From: Lama guanicoe
Taxonomy: Eukaryota
Reading direction: 5' to 3'
Assembly (NCBI GenBank): GCA_013239625.1
Contig: MU053365.1
Location: 498,001-562,000 of the forward strand
DNA: 64,000 bases
Made by a program: the position numbers and the translations under genes. Below the pieces are notes generated by a model. It was not told where the DNA came from and ran no database searches. It was given only the letters and a program-made list of their open reading frames with translations. Within the stretch, counting starts at the first letter, position 1; each line of letters starts with the position of its first letter. Below, piece after piece: positions 12,458 to 23,400 of the stretch.

Positions 12458-12995
12458 TACCTCTGCTTGAATACCTTTGGTGACAGAGACCTCACTTCCC
12501 TTCAGTCCTTAGATCCACCAGTTAGATCAGGGGAGAGAGGGAGGAGCTAATGTGAACTGAGTGTTCCAAGCACTATTCTGTGGGCTTCACATGCATCACC
12601 TCATTCAACCCACCCACTAATCCTGAAAATTTGGCAGTAGTATTCCAGTTTTGTAAAGGAGAGCCACAATGGTTGTAACCCAAGAATATTCAGCTGGTGA
12701 GAAAAGCCAAACTCTACTTCCTTAACAACGATGTCTCCCTAGAACATTCTTCCTTTTATTGCTCAGGTACTTAACCCCCTGTAACTGCCCGCTGGGGGTT
12801 GGGCCCTCAATTTGAGGCTTCCTAGTCTAAATCCAGCCTGAGCCTTGCTTCTACACGGTAAGTCCCTCAGGCATCAGACAGCTATTGGTCCACTTTTCTT
12901 CTTGTTAGCTCATCTCTTCAGCCATTCTACTTGTCAGTCCACTCACTATCCTGCTTACTCTTTGCTAAATGTATTTCAGTTCAGCAGCCTCCCTC
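12458..12995 (-). mobile_element. L3/CR1 3' end, interrupted by a MIR (~12540-12705)
   Basis: cctctgcttgaatacctttggtgacagagacctcactt and tagaacattcttccttttattg...ccctgtaactgccc match the antisense L3 3' end. Confidence 0.65.
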
Positions 12996-12999
12996 TTAA

Positions 13000-13435
13000 A
13001 AATTTATTTATGAAAGGAATGTAAATTACAGAAATTGAGAAAATTTAGAAAAGAAAAAAACTCACCCATAATCTTATCACTCTAACACAATAAGAACTAT
13101 TTCTTTAGAACATTTTTCTTTCACTTATTTTATTCATATTTTTTCATAGCTATAAAAATTAAGCACATAAAATGTTATATTCTGGTTATCTCATTTAACA
13201 TTATATCATAAGTTTTTTTTATTCCATATCACTATATCATTGTCAAAGCCATCATTTAATGGTCAATTTTTCTGAGTGTATAACTCAGAATTTGCTTAAC
13301 TATTTCCCTATTGTTGGATATACAGTAGTATTTTTTGTTATTATAAACAATGTTGAAATCATGCTCATATAGTTTTTCTAGGGATCTGGATTCCCCCCAA
13401 AGCAGACATTCCCCAAAATGGAATGGTAGATTAGC
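13000..13435 (-). mobile_element. Ancient L1 (L1ME-like) 3' region
   Basis: AT-rich antisense L1ME hallmarks: cacccataatcttatcac, catttaacattatatcata, ttaactatttccctattgttggata, ttattataaacaatg. Confidence 0.6.
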
Positions 13436-13467
13436 AATGTCCCTCTAAAAATGGGGTGGCCAACCGA

Positions 13468-14429
13468 AACAAATGGGGAGGTACATCACATTCATGAATG
13501 GAAAGACACATCAAGGTAAAGGTGTCAGTTCTTCCCAAAATGACCTATAGATATAACACAATACTAATAGGCATTCAAGCAGGATTCTTTGTAAATATAG
13601 ACAATATGTTTCTAAAATTCATATGGAAAGGAAAAGGAGCTACAATAGCCAAACAATTTTAGAAAAAGAATAAAGTTGGAGGATTCACATTATCCTGTTT
13701 TAAAACTTACTATAAAACTACAACATTCAAGACATGGTATTGGTGAAAGGCCAGGGACATGGGTCAATGGAAGAGACTACAGAGTTCAGAAATAGACCCA
13801 CATAAATAAGGTCAATCTACTTTTTACAAAAAAGCAAAATTAATTCAAAAGAGAAAGACAGTCTTTTCAGCAAATGGTGCTATAACACAATGAACAAAAT
13901 AAGCTTCAGCCTACACCTCACACCATGTACCAACATTAATTCAAAAACAGATGAAAGACATAAATGTAAAAAATAAAACTATAAAACTCCTGGAACAAAA
14001 CATGGGAGAAAATTTTTATGACCTTGGGTTATACAACAAGTTCCCAGACTTGACACCAAAATCACAATCCAGTAAAGAAAAAAATGATAAATTTGGCTTT
14101 ATCAAGGTAAAAACTTCTCCTCTTAGAAGGACCCCGTCAAAGGAATGAAAAGATAAGCCATAGTCTGGGAGAAAATATTTGCAAATAACGTATCTGACCA
14201 AAGACATATCCAGAATACATAGAGAACTCTCAAAATTCAACAATAAGGTAACAAACAACCTTATTTCTTTTAACTTGAAGTATAGTTAATTTTCAATGTT
14301 ATGTTAGTTTCTGGTGTACAGCATACTGATTCAGTTATACAGATACACAGAGACCTATATTCAATATCTTCTAATAATGTATATTGAAAAAATATGAAAA
14401 ACAACCTGATTGTTAAAATGAGCAAAAGA
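13468..14429 (+). mobile_element. Old L1 (L1MD/ME-like) ORF2 C-terminal part, first half
   Basis: Decayed ORF2, including ORF 13951-14148 (KDINVKNKTIKLLEQNMGENFYDLG). It breaks at 14429 and resumes at 18552. Confidence 0.85.
14266..14398 (-). mobile_element. Tiny L1 3' end with an inverted 5' segment
   Basis: An antisense tail (14266-~14360) is followed by an upstream 3'UTR piece in sense orientation (~14356-14400). TSD aaacaaccttatt (14253-14265) / aaacaacctgatt (14399-14411). Confidence 0.75.
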
Positions 14430-17400
14430 GAAGAGGAAAAGGATGGAACCTGTATAGGCTAATGAAGATAAGATGCTATCAGCAGAAAAAGGAGTACTCT
14501 GTCTATGAGATGTTTTACACAAACCTCACGGTAACCAGAAAACTTAAATGTAGAAGAGAGACATGAAGCATAAAAAAAGATGAAACTTAGAAAAAACATA
14601 GAAAAATCACCAAACCAAAATGGCAGACAGAAACACAAGGAAAAAGAAACAATGGAGATACAGAGCAACCAGAAAACAAAAGATAAAATGGCCGGACTAA
14701 ATCCTCATCTATCAGTCATTACCCTAAATGTAAATGAATTGAATTCACTAATCAAAAGATATAGAGTGGCTGGATGGCTTAAAATATAAGACCCATGTGC
14801 AATATGCTGCCTCCAGGAGACTCACTTCAGCTTTAAAGATAAACATAGGCTGCTTGTGAAGGGATGGAAGATGATACTCCAAGCAAATGGCAGCCAAAAG
14901 AAAGTGGGTGTAGCCGTACCCACATGAGACAAAACAAACTTCAAACCAAAAAAGTAACAGGAGACAGAGATGGACATTATATAATGATAAAAGGGACATT
15001 TCACCAAGAAGACATAACAATTATTAATATATATGCACTTAACATAGACTCACCAAAGTATACAAAGCAATTATCAACAGACCTAAAGGGAGAAATTGAT
15101 GGCAACACAATAATAGTAGGAAATGTTAACACTCCACTTATATCAATGGAAACATCATCCAGACAGAAAGTGAACAAGGAAACAGGGACTGTAAATGAAA
15201 CATTAGAACAGATGGATTGATTTGTACAGAACATTCTATCCAAATGCAGCAGAGTATACGTTCTTCTCAAGTGCACATGGAACTTTCTCAAGGATAGACA
15301 ATATGTTGGGACACAAAAGAGGTCTCAATAAAGAAAATTAAAATCATATCAAGCATCTTTTCTGATCATAATGGTATGATACTAGAAATCAATTACAAGA
15401 AGAAAAATGGAAAAATCACAAATACGTTGAGACTGAAAAACACACTACTGAACAACTATTGGGCCAATGAAGAAAAAGGACAAATCAAAATACCTGAAGA
15501 AAAAAGAAAATAAAAATATGACATACCACAATCAATGGAATGCAGCAAAAGCAGTACTAAGACGGCCATTTATAGAAATATAGGCCTACCTCAAGAAAAA
15601 TCTCAAACAAGCTAACCTTACACCTAAGGGAATTAGAAAAAGAACAAATGAGCCCTCTGTTAGTAGGAAGGAAATAATAAAGAGCAGAGTGGAAATAAAT
15701 GAAATAAAGACTAAAGGGATAATAGAAAAGATCAATAAAACTAAGCTAGTTCTCTGAAAAGATAAACAAAATTGACAAATCTTAAGCCAGATTCACTAAG
15801 AAAAAAAGAGAGAAGGCTCTGATAAATAAAATCAGAAACAAAAGAGGAGCAATAACAATGGAAACTAGTGAAATACCAAGGATTATAAAAGAACATTATA
15901 AGCAGCTATATGGCAATAAATTGGACAATCTAGAAGAAATGGACAAATTCTTAGAATCATGCAGTCTTCCAAGACTGAATCATGAAGAAACAGAAAATCT
16001 GAATATAGACAAATCACTAGTACGAGATTAAAATAGTAATCAAAAACTTCTCAAAAAACAAAAATCCAGGACTAGACAGTTTGGTAGAATTTAGTGAATT
16101 CTAACAAATATATTAAAAGGATCATACACCATGATCAACTGGGATTTATTCCAGGGATTCAAGGATGGTTCAACATCTGCAAATTCATCAATGTGATCGC
16201 CATATTATGGAGGATAAAAACCATATGGTCATCTCAATAGATCCAGAAAAAGCATTTAACTATATTTAATACATATTTATGATTAAAAAAATCTCTCAAT
16301 AAAATGGGTATAGAATGAGTATATCTCAACATAATAAAGGCCATATATAACAAACTCACAGCTAACATCGCATTCAGTGGTGAATAACTGAAAGCTATCC
16401 CTCTAAAATCAGGAATAAGACAACGATGCCCACTTAGGCCACTGTTATTCAACACAGTATTGGAAATCTTAACCAGAGCAATTAGGCATGAAAAAGAAAT
16501 AAAAGACATTCAAATTGGAAAGGAAGAAGTAAAAGTGCCATTATTTGTGAATGACACATTTTTACATATAGAAAACCCTAAAGACCCCACCAAAAATCTA
16601 TTACAAATAACAAATGACTACAGTAAAGTTGGAGAGTACAAAATCAACATACAAAAATCAGTTCCATTTCTATATGCTAACAGTGAGCTAGCAGAAAGAG
16701 AAATTAAGAAAACCATTCCATTTACAATCACAGCAAGAAGAATAAGTTTAGTCGAACTGAAAGACCTATACACTGAAAACTGTAAGACACTGTTGAAAGA
16801 AACTGAAGAAGACACAAATACATGGAAAGGAAGAACTAATTGAAAGAAGAGATTGATTCATTGCTCATAGACTGGAAGAATTAACATTGTTAAAATTTCT
16901 ATATTATCTAAAGCAATCTACAGATTCAGTGCACTCTCTATCAAAATCCCAAGGACATTTTCCACAGAAATAGAACAAAAAATTCTAAAATTTATATGGA
17001 ACTACAAGGACTCTAAATAGCCAAAGCAATGCTGAGAAAAAAGAGAAAAACTGGAGGTATCACACTCCTTGAATTCAAACTATACTACAAAGCTGTAGTA
17101 ATCAAAACAGCATAGTACCAGCAGAAATACAGATACATAGATCAATGGAATAGAATTGAGAGCCAGAAATAAATCCACACATATATGGACAATAAATTTA
17201 GAACAAAGGAACAAAGAACACACAATGGGAAAAGGATAGTCTCCTTAATAAATCATTTGTAAAAACTGGACAGCTACATGTAAAAGATGAAACTAAGACC
17301 ATTGTCTCACACCATATACAAAAATAAACTCACAATGGATTAAAGACTTCAATGTAAGACCTGAAACCATAAAACTCCTAGATGAAAATATAGGCAATAC

Positions 17401-18536
17401 ACTCTTTGATATCAGTCTTAGCAATGTCTTTCTGGACATGTCTCCTCAGGGAAGGAAACAAAAGCAAAAATAAACAAACGAGACTGCATCAAACTGAAAA
17501 GCTTCTGCCCAGCAAAAGAAACTATCGACAAAATGAAAAGACAACCTACTGAATGGGAGAAGACATTTGCAAATCATATATCTAATAAGGGGTTAATATC
17601 CAAAATATATAAAGAACTCATATAACTCAACAATAAAAGCACAAAGAACCAGATTTTAAAATGGGTAGAGGAGTTGAATAGACATTTTTCCAAAGAAAAC
17701 ATACAGATAGCCAACAGGCACTTGAAAGTATGTTCAACATCACTAATTATTAAGGAAATGTGCATCAAAACCACAATATCACCTTGCACCTGATAGAATG
17801 GCTATTATCAAAAAGGCAAGAAATAACAAGTGTTGGTGAGGATGCGGAGAAGGAATCCTTACATGCTATTGGTGGGAGTGTTAATTGGTGCAGCCACTCT
17901 GGAGAACAGTATGGAGATTCCTTAAAAAATTAAGAATAGAATTACCATATTATCCAGCTATTCCATTTCTGGGTATTTATTCAAAGAGTATGAAAACTCT
18001 AATTCGAGAAGACATATGCACCCATTCATTGTGGCATTATTTGCAATAGTCAAGACATGGAAGCAACCTAAGCGTCCATCAACAGAGGAATGAATAAAGA
18101 AGATATAGTACATATATACAATGGAATACTACTTAGCCATAAAAAGACAAGATCTTGTCAATTACAACATGGATGAACCTTGAGGATATTAATGTAAGTG
18201 AAATAAATCAAATGGAGAAAGACAAATATCATATGATTTCATTTATGTGGAATATAAAAAAACAAGCAAACATACAAAAACCAAAATAAATGTTAAAAAC
18301 CAAACAAAAACAAACACATAGATACAGAGAACAGAGTCGTGGTTCCCAGAGGGGAAGGGGTGGTGGGGGAGGAGGGTGAAACGGGCAAAGGGATCTACTG
18401 TAGGGTGACAGATGGAAATGAAATATTTGGTGGTGAGCATGCTGTCATGTATACAGAAGTAAAGATAAAATACGGTACACGTGAAACTTATATAGTGTTA
18501 CAAACCAATGTTACCTCAACAAAAAATAAATTTTAA
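14430..18536 (+). mobile_element. 4.1-kb 5'-truncated LINE-1 with near-complete but disrupted ORF2 and 3'UTR
   Basis: ORF2 start ATG at 14688 (MAGLNPHLSVITLNVNELNSLIKR), endonuclease (GHYIMIKG, NIYA, IIVG), RT ([34 protein letters not shown]), G-rich 3'UTR and AATAAA tail. Many stops and frameshifts. TSD aaaatgagcaaaaga (14415-14429) / aaaaagggcaaaaga (18537-18551). Confidence 0.95.
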
Positions 18537-18551
18537 AAAAAGGGCAAAAGA

Positions 18552-19178
18552 TTTGAAAGGCAACTTCATCAAAGAAGATATACAAAAATGAAAAGAAGCA
18601 CATGAAAAGGTGCTCAATATCATCTGTCATTTGTGAAATGCAATTTAAAACCACAATGCTATACCACTGCTCACCTATTAGACAGGCTGAAATAAAAAAA
18701 TCTGTACGATTATTATTAGCAGCACTATTAATAATCACAAAAATATCTAGGAACAACCAAAATGTTCTTCAGTGGGTGAATGGATAAACAAATTGTGGCA
18801 TATCCACATAATGGACTGTTATTCAGGAATAGAAAGTCATGAGCTATTGCTGCATGCAACAACCTGAATGAATTTCTGAGTCACGGGCTAAGAGAAAGAA
18901 TCACTATGGAGAGATTCCACGCTGTAGGAGTCTGTTTATACGACACTCTGGAAAGGGCAACACTGTAGAGTTAGAGATCCGAGCAGTGGTTGCTAGAGGT
19001 TGGGGGTGGGGAGGAGAATCTGACTGCAAAAGGGTAATATAAGTGAATTCTTTGGGATATTGGAATTGTTTTGTATTCTATTAAATGTGGTGATTACAGG
19101 AGTCTGCACATATGTTAAAACTCAAAGGGTGGTAACTGAAAAAAAAAGGTAAATTATATTGAACATAATTTTTTTTAA
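18552..19178 (+). mobile_element. Old L1 resumed: ORF2 end and 3'UTR
   Basis: MKRCSISSVICEMQFKTTM (ORF 18602-18787), then an old-type 3'UTR (cagtggttgctagaggttggggg...ggtgattaca...gttaaaactca). Confidence 0.85.
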
Positions 19179-19179
19179 T

Positions 19180-19760
19180 GTGCTGGCCAGAAATCAATAC
19201 CACATGCCAAATTTGGTCCAAGTCCAACAGAGCAGAGGGGATCTGTCCCCTTCTTATTTCTAGGTGTTCTAGATCAGGGGTCAGCAAACTGTATCTCACA
19301 GGCCAAATCTGGCCCACTGCCTGATTTTGTCGATAAAGTTTTATTGGAACAGAGTCACAAGCATTCTTTTACATATCTTCTGTGGATGTTTTCATGCTAA
19401 AGCTACAGAGTAGTTGAGACCAAGAACATATGACCTAAAAAGCCAATTATTTGTATAATCTGGCCCTTTGCAGGAAAAGTTTTCTTTTACAGGAAAAGCC
19501 CTGCTTTAGACACTTGTCTCCTATTAATACTTTCTTGGCAGTTAATATAATGTTATTGCTAAACTTTTTCATGTCTACTCTGAACATTAGTGGACTCAGC
19601 TGAATTATCATATAGTTATACTCCTATGAAACCTTATTTTATTAGATTTAGTCCATCTGGTAAGCTGTTTTCCTGATTCTGACTAATGGCATTATTAGCA
19701 GTCTCACCTAGCTTCATTGTTATCCACTGGATCAGGGTCTGAGCCCTGTAATAATCACTT
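19180..19760 (-). mobile_element. L3/CR1 continuation flanking MER58A
   Basis: gctggccagaaatcaataccacatgccaaatttggtcc and ttattttattagatttagtccat...cctagcttc resemble antisense L3 ORF2. Confidence 0.5.
19275..19503 (+). mobile_element. MER58A (hAT-Charlie MITE)
   Basis: caggggtcagcaaact...ggccaaatctggcccactgcctg...ataaagttttattggaaca...ccctg, with flanks ttctagat / ctttagac resembling the Charlie target site. Confidence 0.88.
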
Positions 19761-19802
19761 AAAACCTACTCTTTCAGCCCTATATCCTCATGGCAAAAGG
19801 CC

Positions 19803-20065
19803 AAATGCATGATGGCTAATAACCTGGACACTGAAGCCAGACTGCCTGGGTTGAAATCTTGGCTCTGCCACTGGTTAGCTGTTGAACTTGGAAAGTCACT
19901 TAACCTCAAAGTACTTCCATTTCATTATCTGTACCAGGGGGACGATAATAGTATTTGCTTCCTGTCATTGGTATGATGATTATATGAGTTATTATTTGTG
20001 AAATCCTCAGAACAGTGCCAGGTACAAAAAAAAAACTGCCATGTAACTCTTTGATATTCTTATTA
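19803..20065 (+). mobile_element. Near full-length MIR
   Basis: gaagccagactgcctgggttgaaatcttggctctgccact...aagtcacttaacctc...cagaacagtgccaggtaca. Confidence 0.9.
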
Positions 20066-20089
20066 GTGTGTTCATTCAATCAATTCAGG

Positions 20090-20178
20090 CCAACCTGAGT
20101 TCCAATCCTGATTCATCTGCTTAGTAGCTGTATGATTATGTGACTTAGGGCAATTTATTCAACTTCTCTGAGGCTCCC
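20090..20178 (+). mobile_element. MIR fragment
   Basis: cctgagttccaatcctg...ttagtagctgt...gggcaatttattcaacttctctgag. Confidence 0.7.
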
Positions 20179-21030
20179 AGGCTTCCCTTGACCCATTAAT
20201 CAATGGTCCTCTGAGTAACGAGTTAAGCACTGCTGGAGAAAATTACCCAAAAGTAGATTGGAACCTGTATGAATTTCATGTCTTCAGGATCACCTGGATC
20301 CTTGACACTGCCTCAGAATCTTACTGTATTCCTTACATGGCCCCCTCTCCATGCATTTTCCATGGTTTTTACCTTTACGCAGATGCAAATGGAATGGTTA
20401 ACCTCCTTGCATTACAAATTTTTTTTCCCAACTCAATCCCACTAGCACAGGTAGGACAAAAAGACTGGGTCTTAAACAACAGTTGGAAGCTATTACTTCT
20501 TTCAGATAAGCCCAGACTGCTTTTTGGCAAACGAATACATTGTTTCATTACCCTCCCTGCACATCCAAGATACAGAGAGCAGGTGTAAATTCTGCACGTG
20601 GCTTAAATTCTCACCTGCTTTCATTCAATTCAATAGAAAACAATAAATCACCATATTCACAAAAAAGAAACAGGTTGACAGAAAACAGACTGATTTTTAT
20701 AGCGCACCTAAGATATATAGGGACTCGTATATTTACTCAGCTATTTTAAAGGGGCTACTTTTGCTCACTCCCTGGACAGCTAAATGCTGAGTTGCTAGGT
20801 TACTGGTATTTGACATCATCTCTTCCGTGACATATCCCAGGTTTGACAGGTTCCCATGATTCACTGGGCCAGTCACCTCGTTACTCACGTTACTCATTTA
20901 CCCAATGACGTCTGGATAATCATTTAAAATTCACATCATACACTAGCTGCAAGCCCCTAGATTCCACATGAAAATATTTAAACTGCTTGACAGGCTCTAA
21001 GTGCATTTGGAAGCACACTGGATGGCTTAC

Positions 21031-21079
21031 CTGTGTTGTTCACATAATAGTTGTTATAATTAAATTTAGCATCTTTCTT
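21031..21079 (-). other. Candidate 49-nt exon
   Basis: Minus strand reads gtaatcactttctcttttctcaaacacaaaccaacccag|AAGAAAGATGCT...AACAACACAG|gtaagc. One frame is open (KKDAKFNYNNYYVNNT). It lies in a transposon-free block. Confidence 0.35.
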
Positions 21080-22944
21080 CTGGGTTGGTTTGTGTTTGAG
21101 AAAAGAGAAAGTGATTACTGGGAGGCAAATAATGGGTAATATCTCTTATAGGCTAATTTGGTTTCATGAATAGCTCACCTCACACATGCATGCTACGTAT
21201 TAAGTCCATTAGTGCTTTGATTTAGCTTCAGAAAAGGTAATACTCCACATAATTTACCCAGTCAAGGGCATTTTCACCTGCTGACAAATTTACATATTTC
21301 CTAATGTCATTAGGTAAGAGCTAGTCATCAGAAGAGCAGAGGGTGCAATCATTAGTGAGTTCGTTTATTTGACTCCATCATGTTAACATTAATTATAGTC
21401 CAAATTACATTTAGCAATTGTTGTCTTTCTTGGATGGAACACTGTATTACTATTTCAAGAAACTATAATTTTGAAAGTCCATACAAGAATAGGATGGATG
21501 CTTTTTGAATCATTCTGGGAGGATGAGTATTTAAGACAGCTATACAGAAAATCGTTCGTGTGATTCCAATTTGAACATTATTTATACATTAATTTGACAG
21601 GATGTAAAATCAATTGCCTAATTATTGGTTAAATGTATCAAAGAAATTCTATGGAAAGGTGCTTGATTATGCTGCATAGTTATGGTAATATAATCAAATT
21701 CCCTTTCAGACATAATTGTCTGACCAATTTTGCTCCCAAATCCATTTTTTTCCTCACTCTTCCGATGGGCTTTCTCATTTGTTTCCCCTTTAAAAGGAAA
21801 AAAAAAGGCAAGTACTGTGCATGGTCGTCCTGTAATTATTCGGTAAGTTCTTTCCATGCTAAAACTGTGCACTTAAACACAGACCTAATAAGCACAATTA
21901 CCATAATTTAGACGGCTGTAAACACAGATCATGCTGTAATCAAAACGAGGTGCCCATGCCGGTGTTTACAAACCTGATCCATATGGTGGGGAGAGATGGG
22001 AAAGATGATACAGTTTATCAAATCAAGTTCCCTAAATCCTAGCTAGCAAATTCCGCATCCCTCATAAACAGTGAATTACCCATACAGATGTTTGCTTATG
22101 AAATTATCAACTGCTGAAGGTACTTTGCTAGGAAACACAATCTGTTCAGCGTCACATCTAAGAGACACGCTCTATATGCATTTTTGACTCTAGAAAGGAT
22201 TTAATTGATAGTTTGTTGATATTTTAAAGTAAATTCTTGCTAAGAACAAATAAATCATACTACTGCAGAACAAATAATCATCGAACATCCATCCTCAGCT
22301 AGTAGCATTTAGTGCATGCTGCTCTCCTTGGCTTAACTCTTGCAGAAATGATTACTCTAGGACCCATAAAACCCTGTGGAGCTCAGAAAAGAAGCCGCCG
22401 CTGCCGCCCGTATTATTACATATGAGCAGCTTAGGAATCCCTCATGTGATAGATGAATTGCAACTGCAGAACGCCATCGCTAGGGCCAGAGCTGTTATTA
22501 TTTTTCATTTCTGTTTGTACTCGAGGGTAGCTTGACTCTGAAGAGAAAATAGCATGCCGATGGAAACAGGTCCGCAGGCTGGGCGGGGCTGCACCGATCG
22601 CTGCCTTGACGTTTCTGATTTGTAAAATTTATAATGAGCAATAATAGACTTGACAAGTAGCAAAGATATCCGAATTTACATGGCTTGTTTTGTAGGAGAA
22701 GGGCAGTTGGCAGAAAGGTGCTGTGGGCTGGTGAATTCTGCTTTGTTGGAAAAACTACTTGGAATGCTTTTGACATAACTGAATTTGTACAAATTAAGGA
22801 AACAGACGAGGCTAAAATGAACTGTTGCTTGGTGCCATTATAACATTAATCATAAAATAGACTGGAGCTTGTGAAATAAGGATGGATTCAGGTAAGCCAG
22901 CAGGAAGAGAAGACAGCAGGAATGGACAGAGCCAGTTGCTTGCC

Positions 22945-23400
22945 CGGGGGGCAAATTACTCCACCTCTCTGGGTTTCCGTAACAAGTGACGAATAATAGT
23001 CTTTTAGTTTTGTGAAAAGTAAATGACATAATGTGCTTAAGTACTCCCCATGCATACAGTAAGTGGCAAATTACTGTTTTATTAGTAGCAGGGATTTGTT
23101 ATTGGTATTATTTTATTATTTGAAGTGAGATTTGAAAATATTGAGTGGCAAGAAGAAAAGAATTAATTCCTAAGACCTGCTCAAACTATGTTGGTTTGCT
23201 GGTTTTCCAAGTAAGACTTGCTAGAAGTGCGTCAGCCAGCATCTGAGGCAGTTTTTTTCAATCCAGAGAGTAACAGGGTGGTTGACAGTGAGGCGTCGTG
23301 CTTCTGCCATATACTAGCCTCACCCCCCGTTGCAGGTCATTTATAACCTCTCTGGGCCCTAATTTCCTGAAATAATAAGGGACCGCCATGTTTCCGATGA
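22945..23400 (+). mobile_element. Two MIR fragments (~22945-23085 and ~23270-23400)
   Basis: gggcaaattactccacctctctgggtttcc and ttctgccatatactagc...gtcatttataacctctctgggccctaatttcct. Confidence 0.6.

Noticed and set aside
14688..18250. L1 ORF2 as a functional reverse transcriptase gene
   Set aside because: It has multiple stops and frameshifts and an RT deletion, and lacks ORF1 and the promoter.
20126..20135. AGCTGTATGA, matching the miR-9 3' end
   Set aside because: It lies inside a MIR fragment and the seed half is absent.
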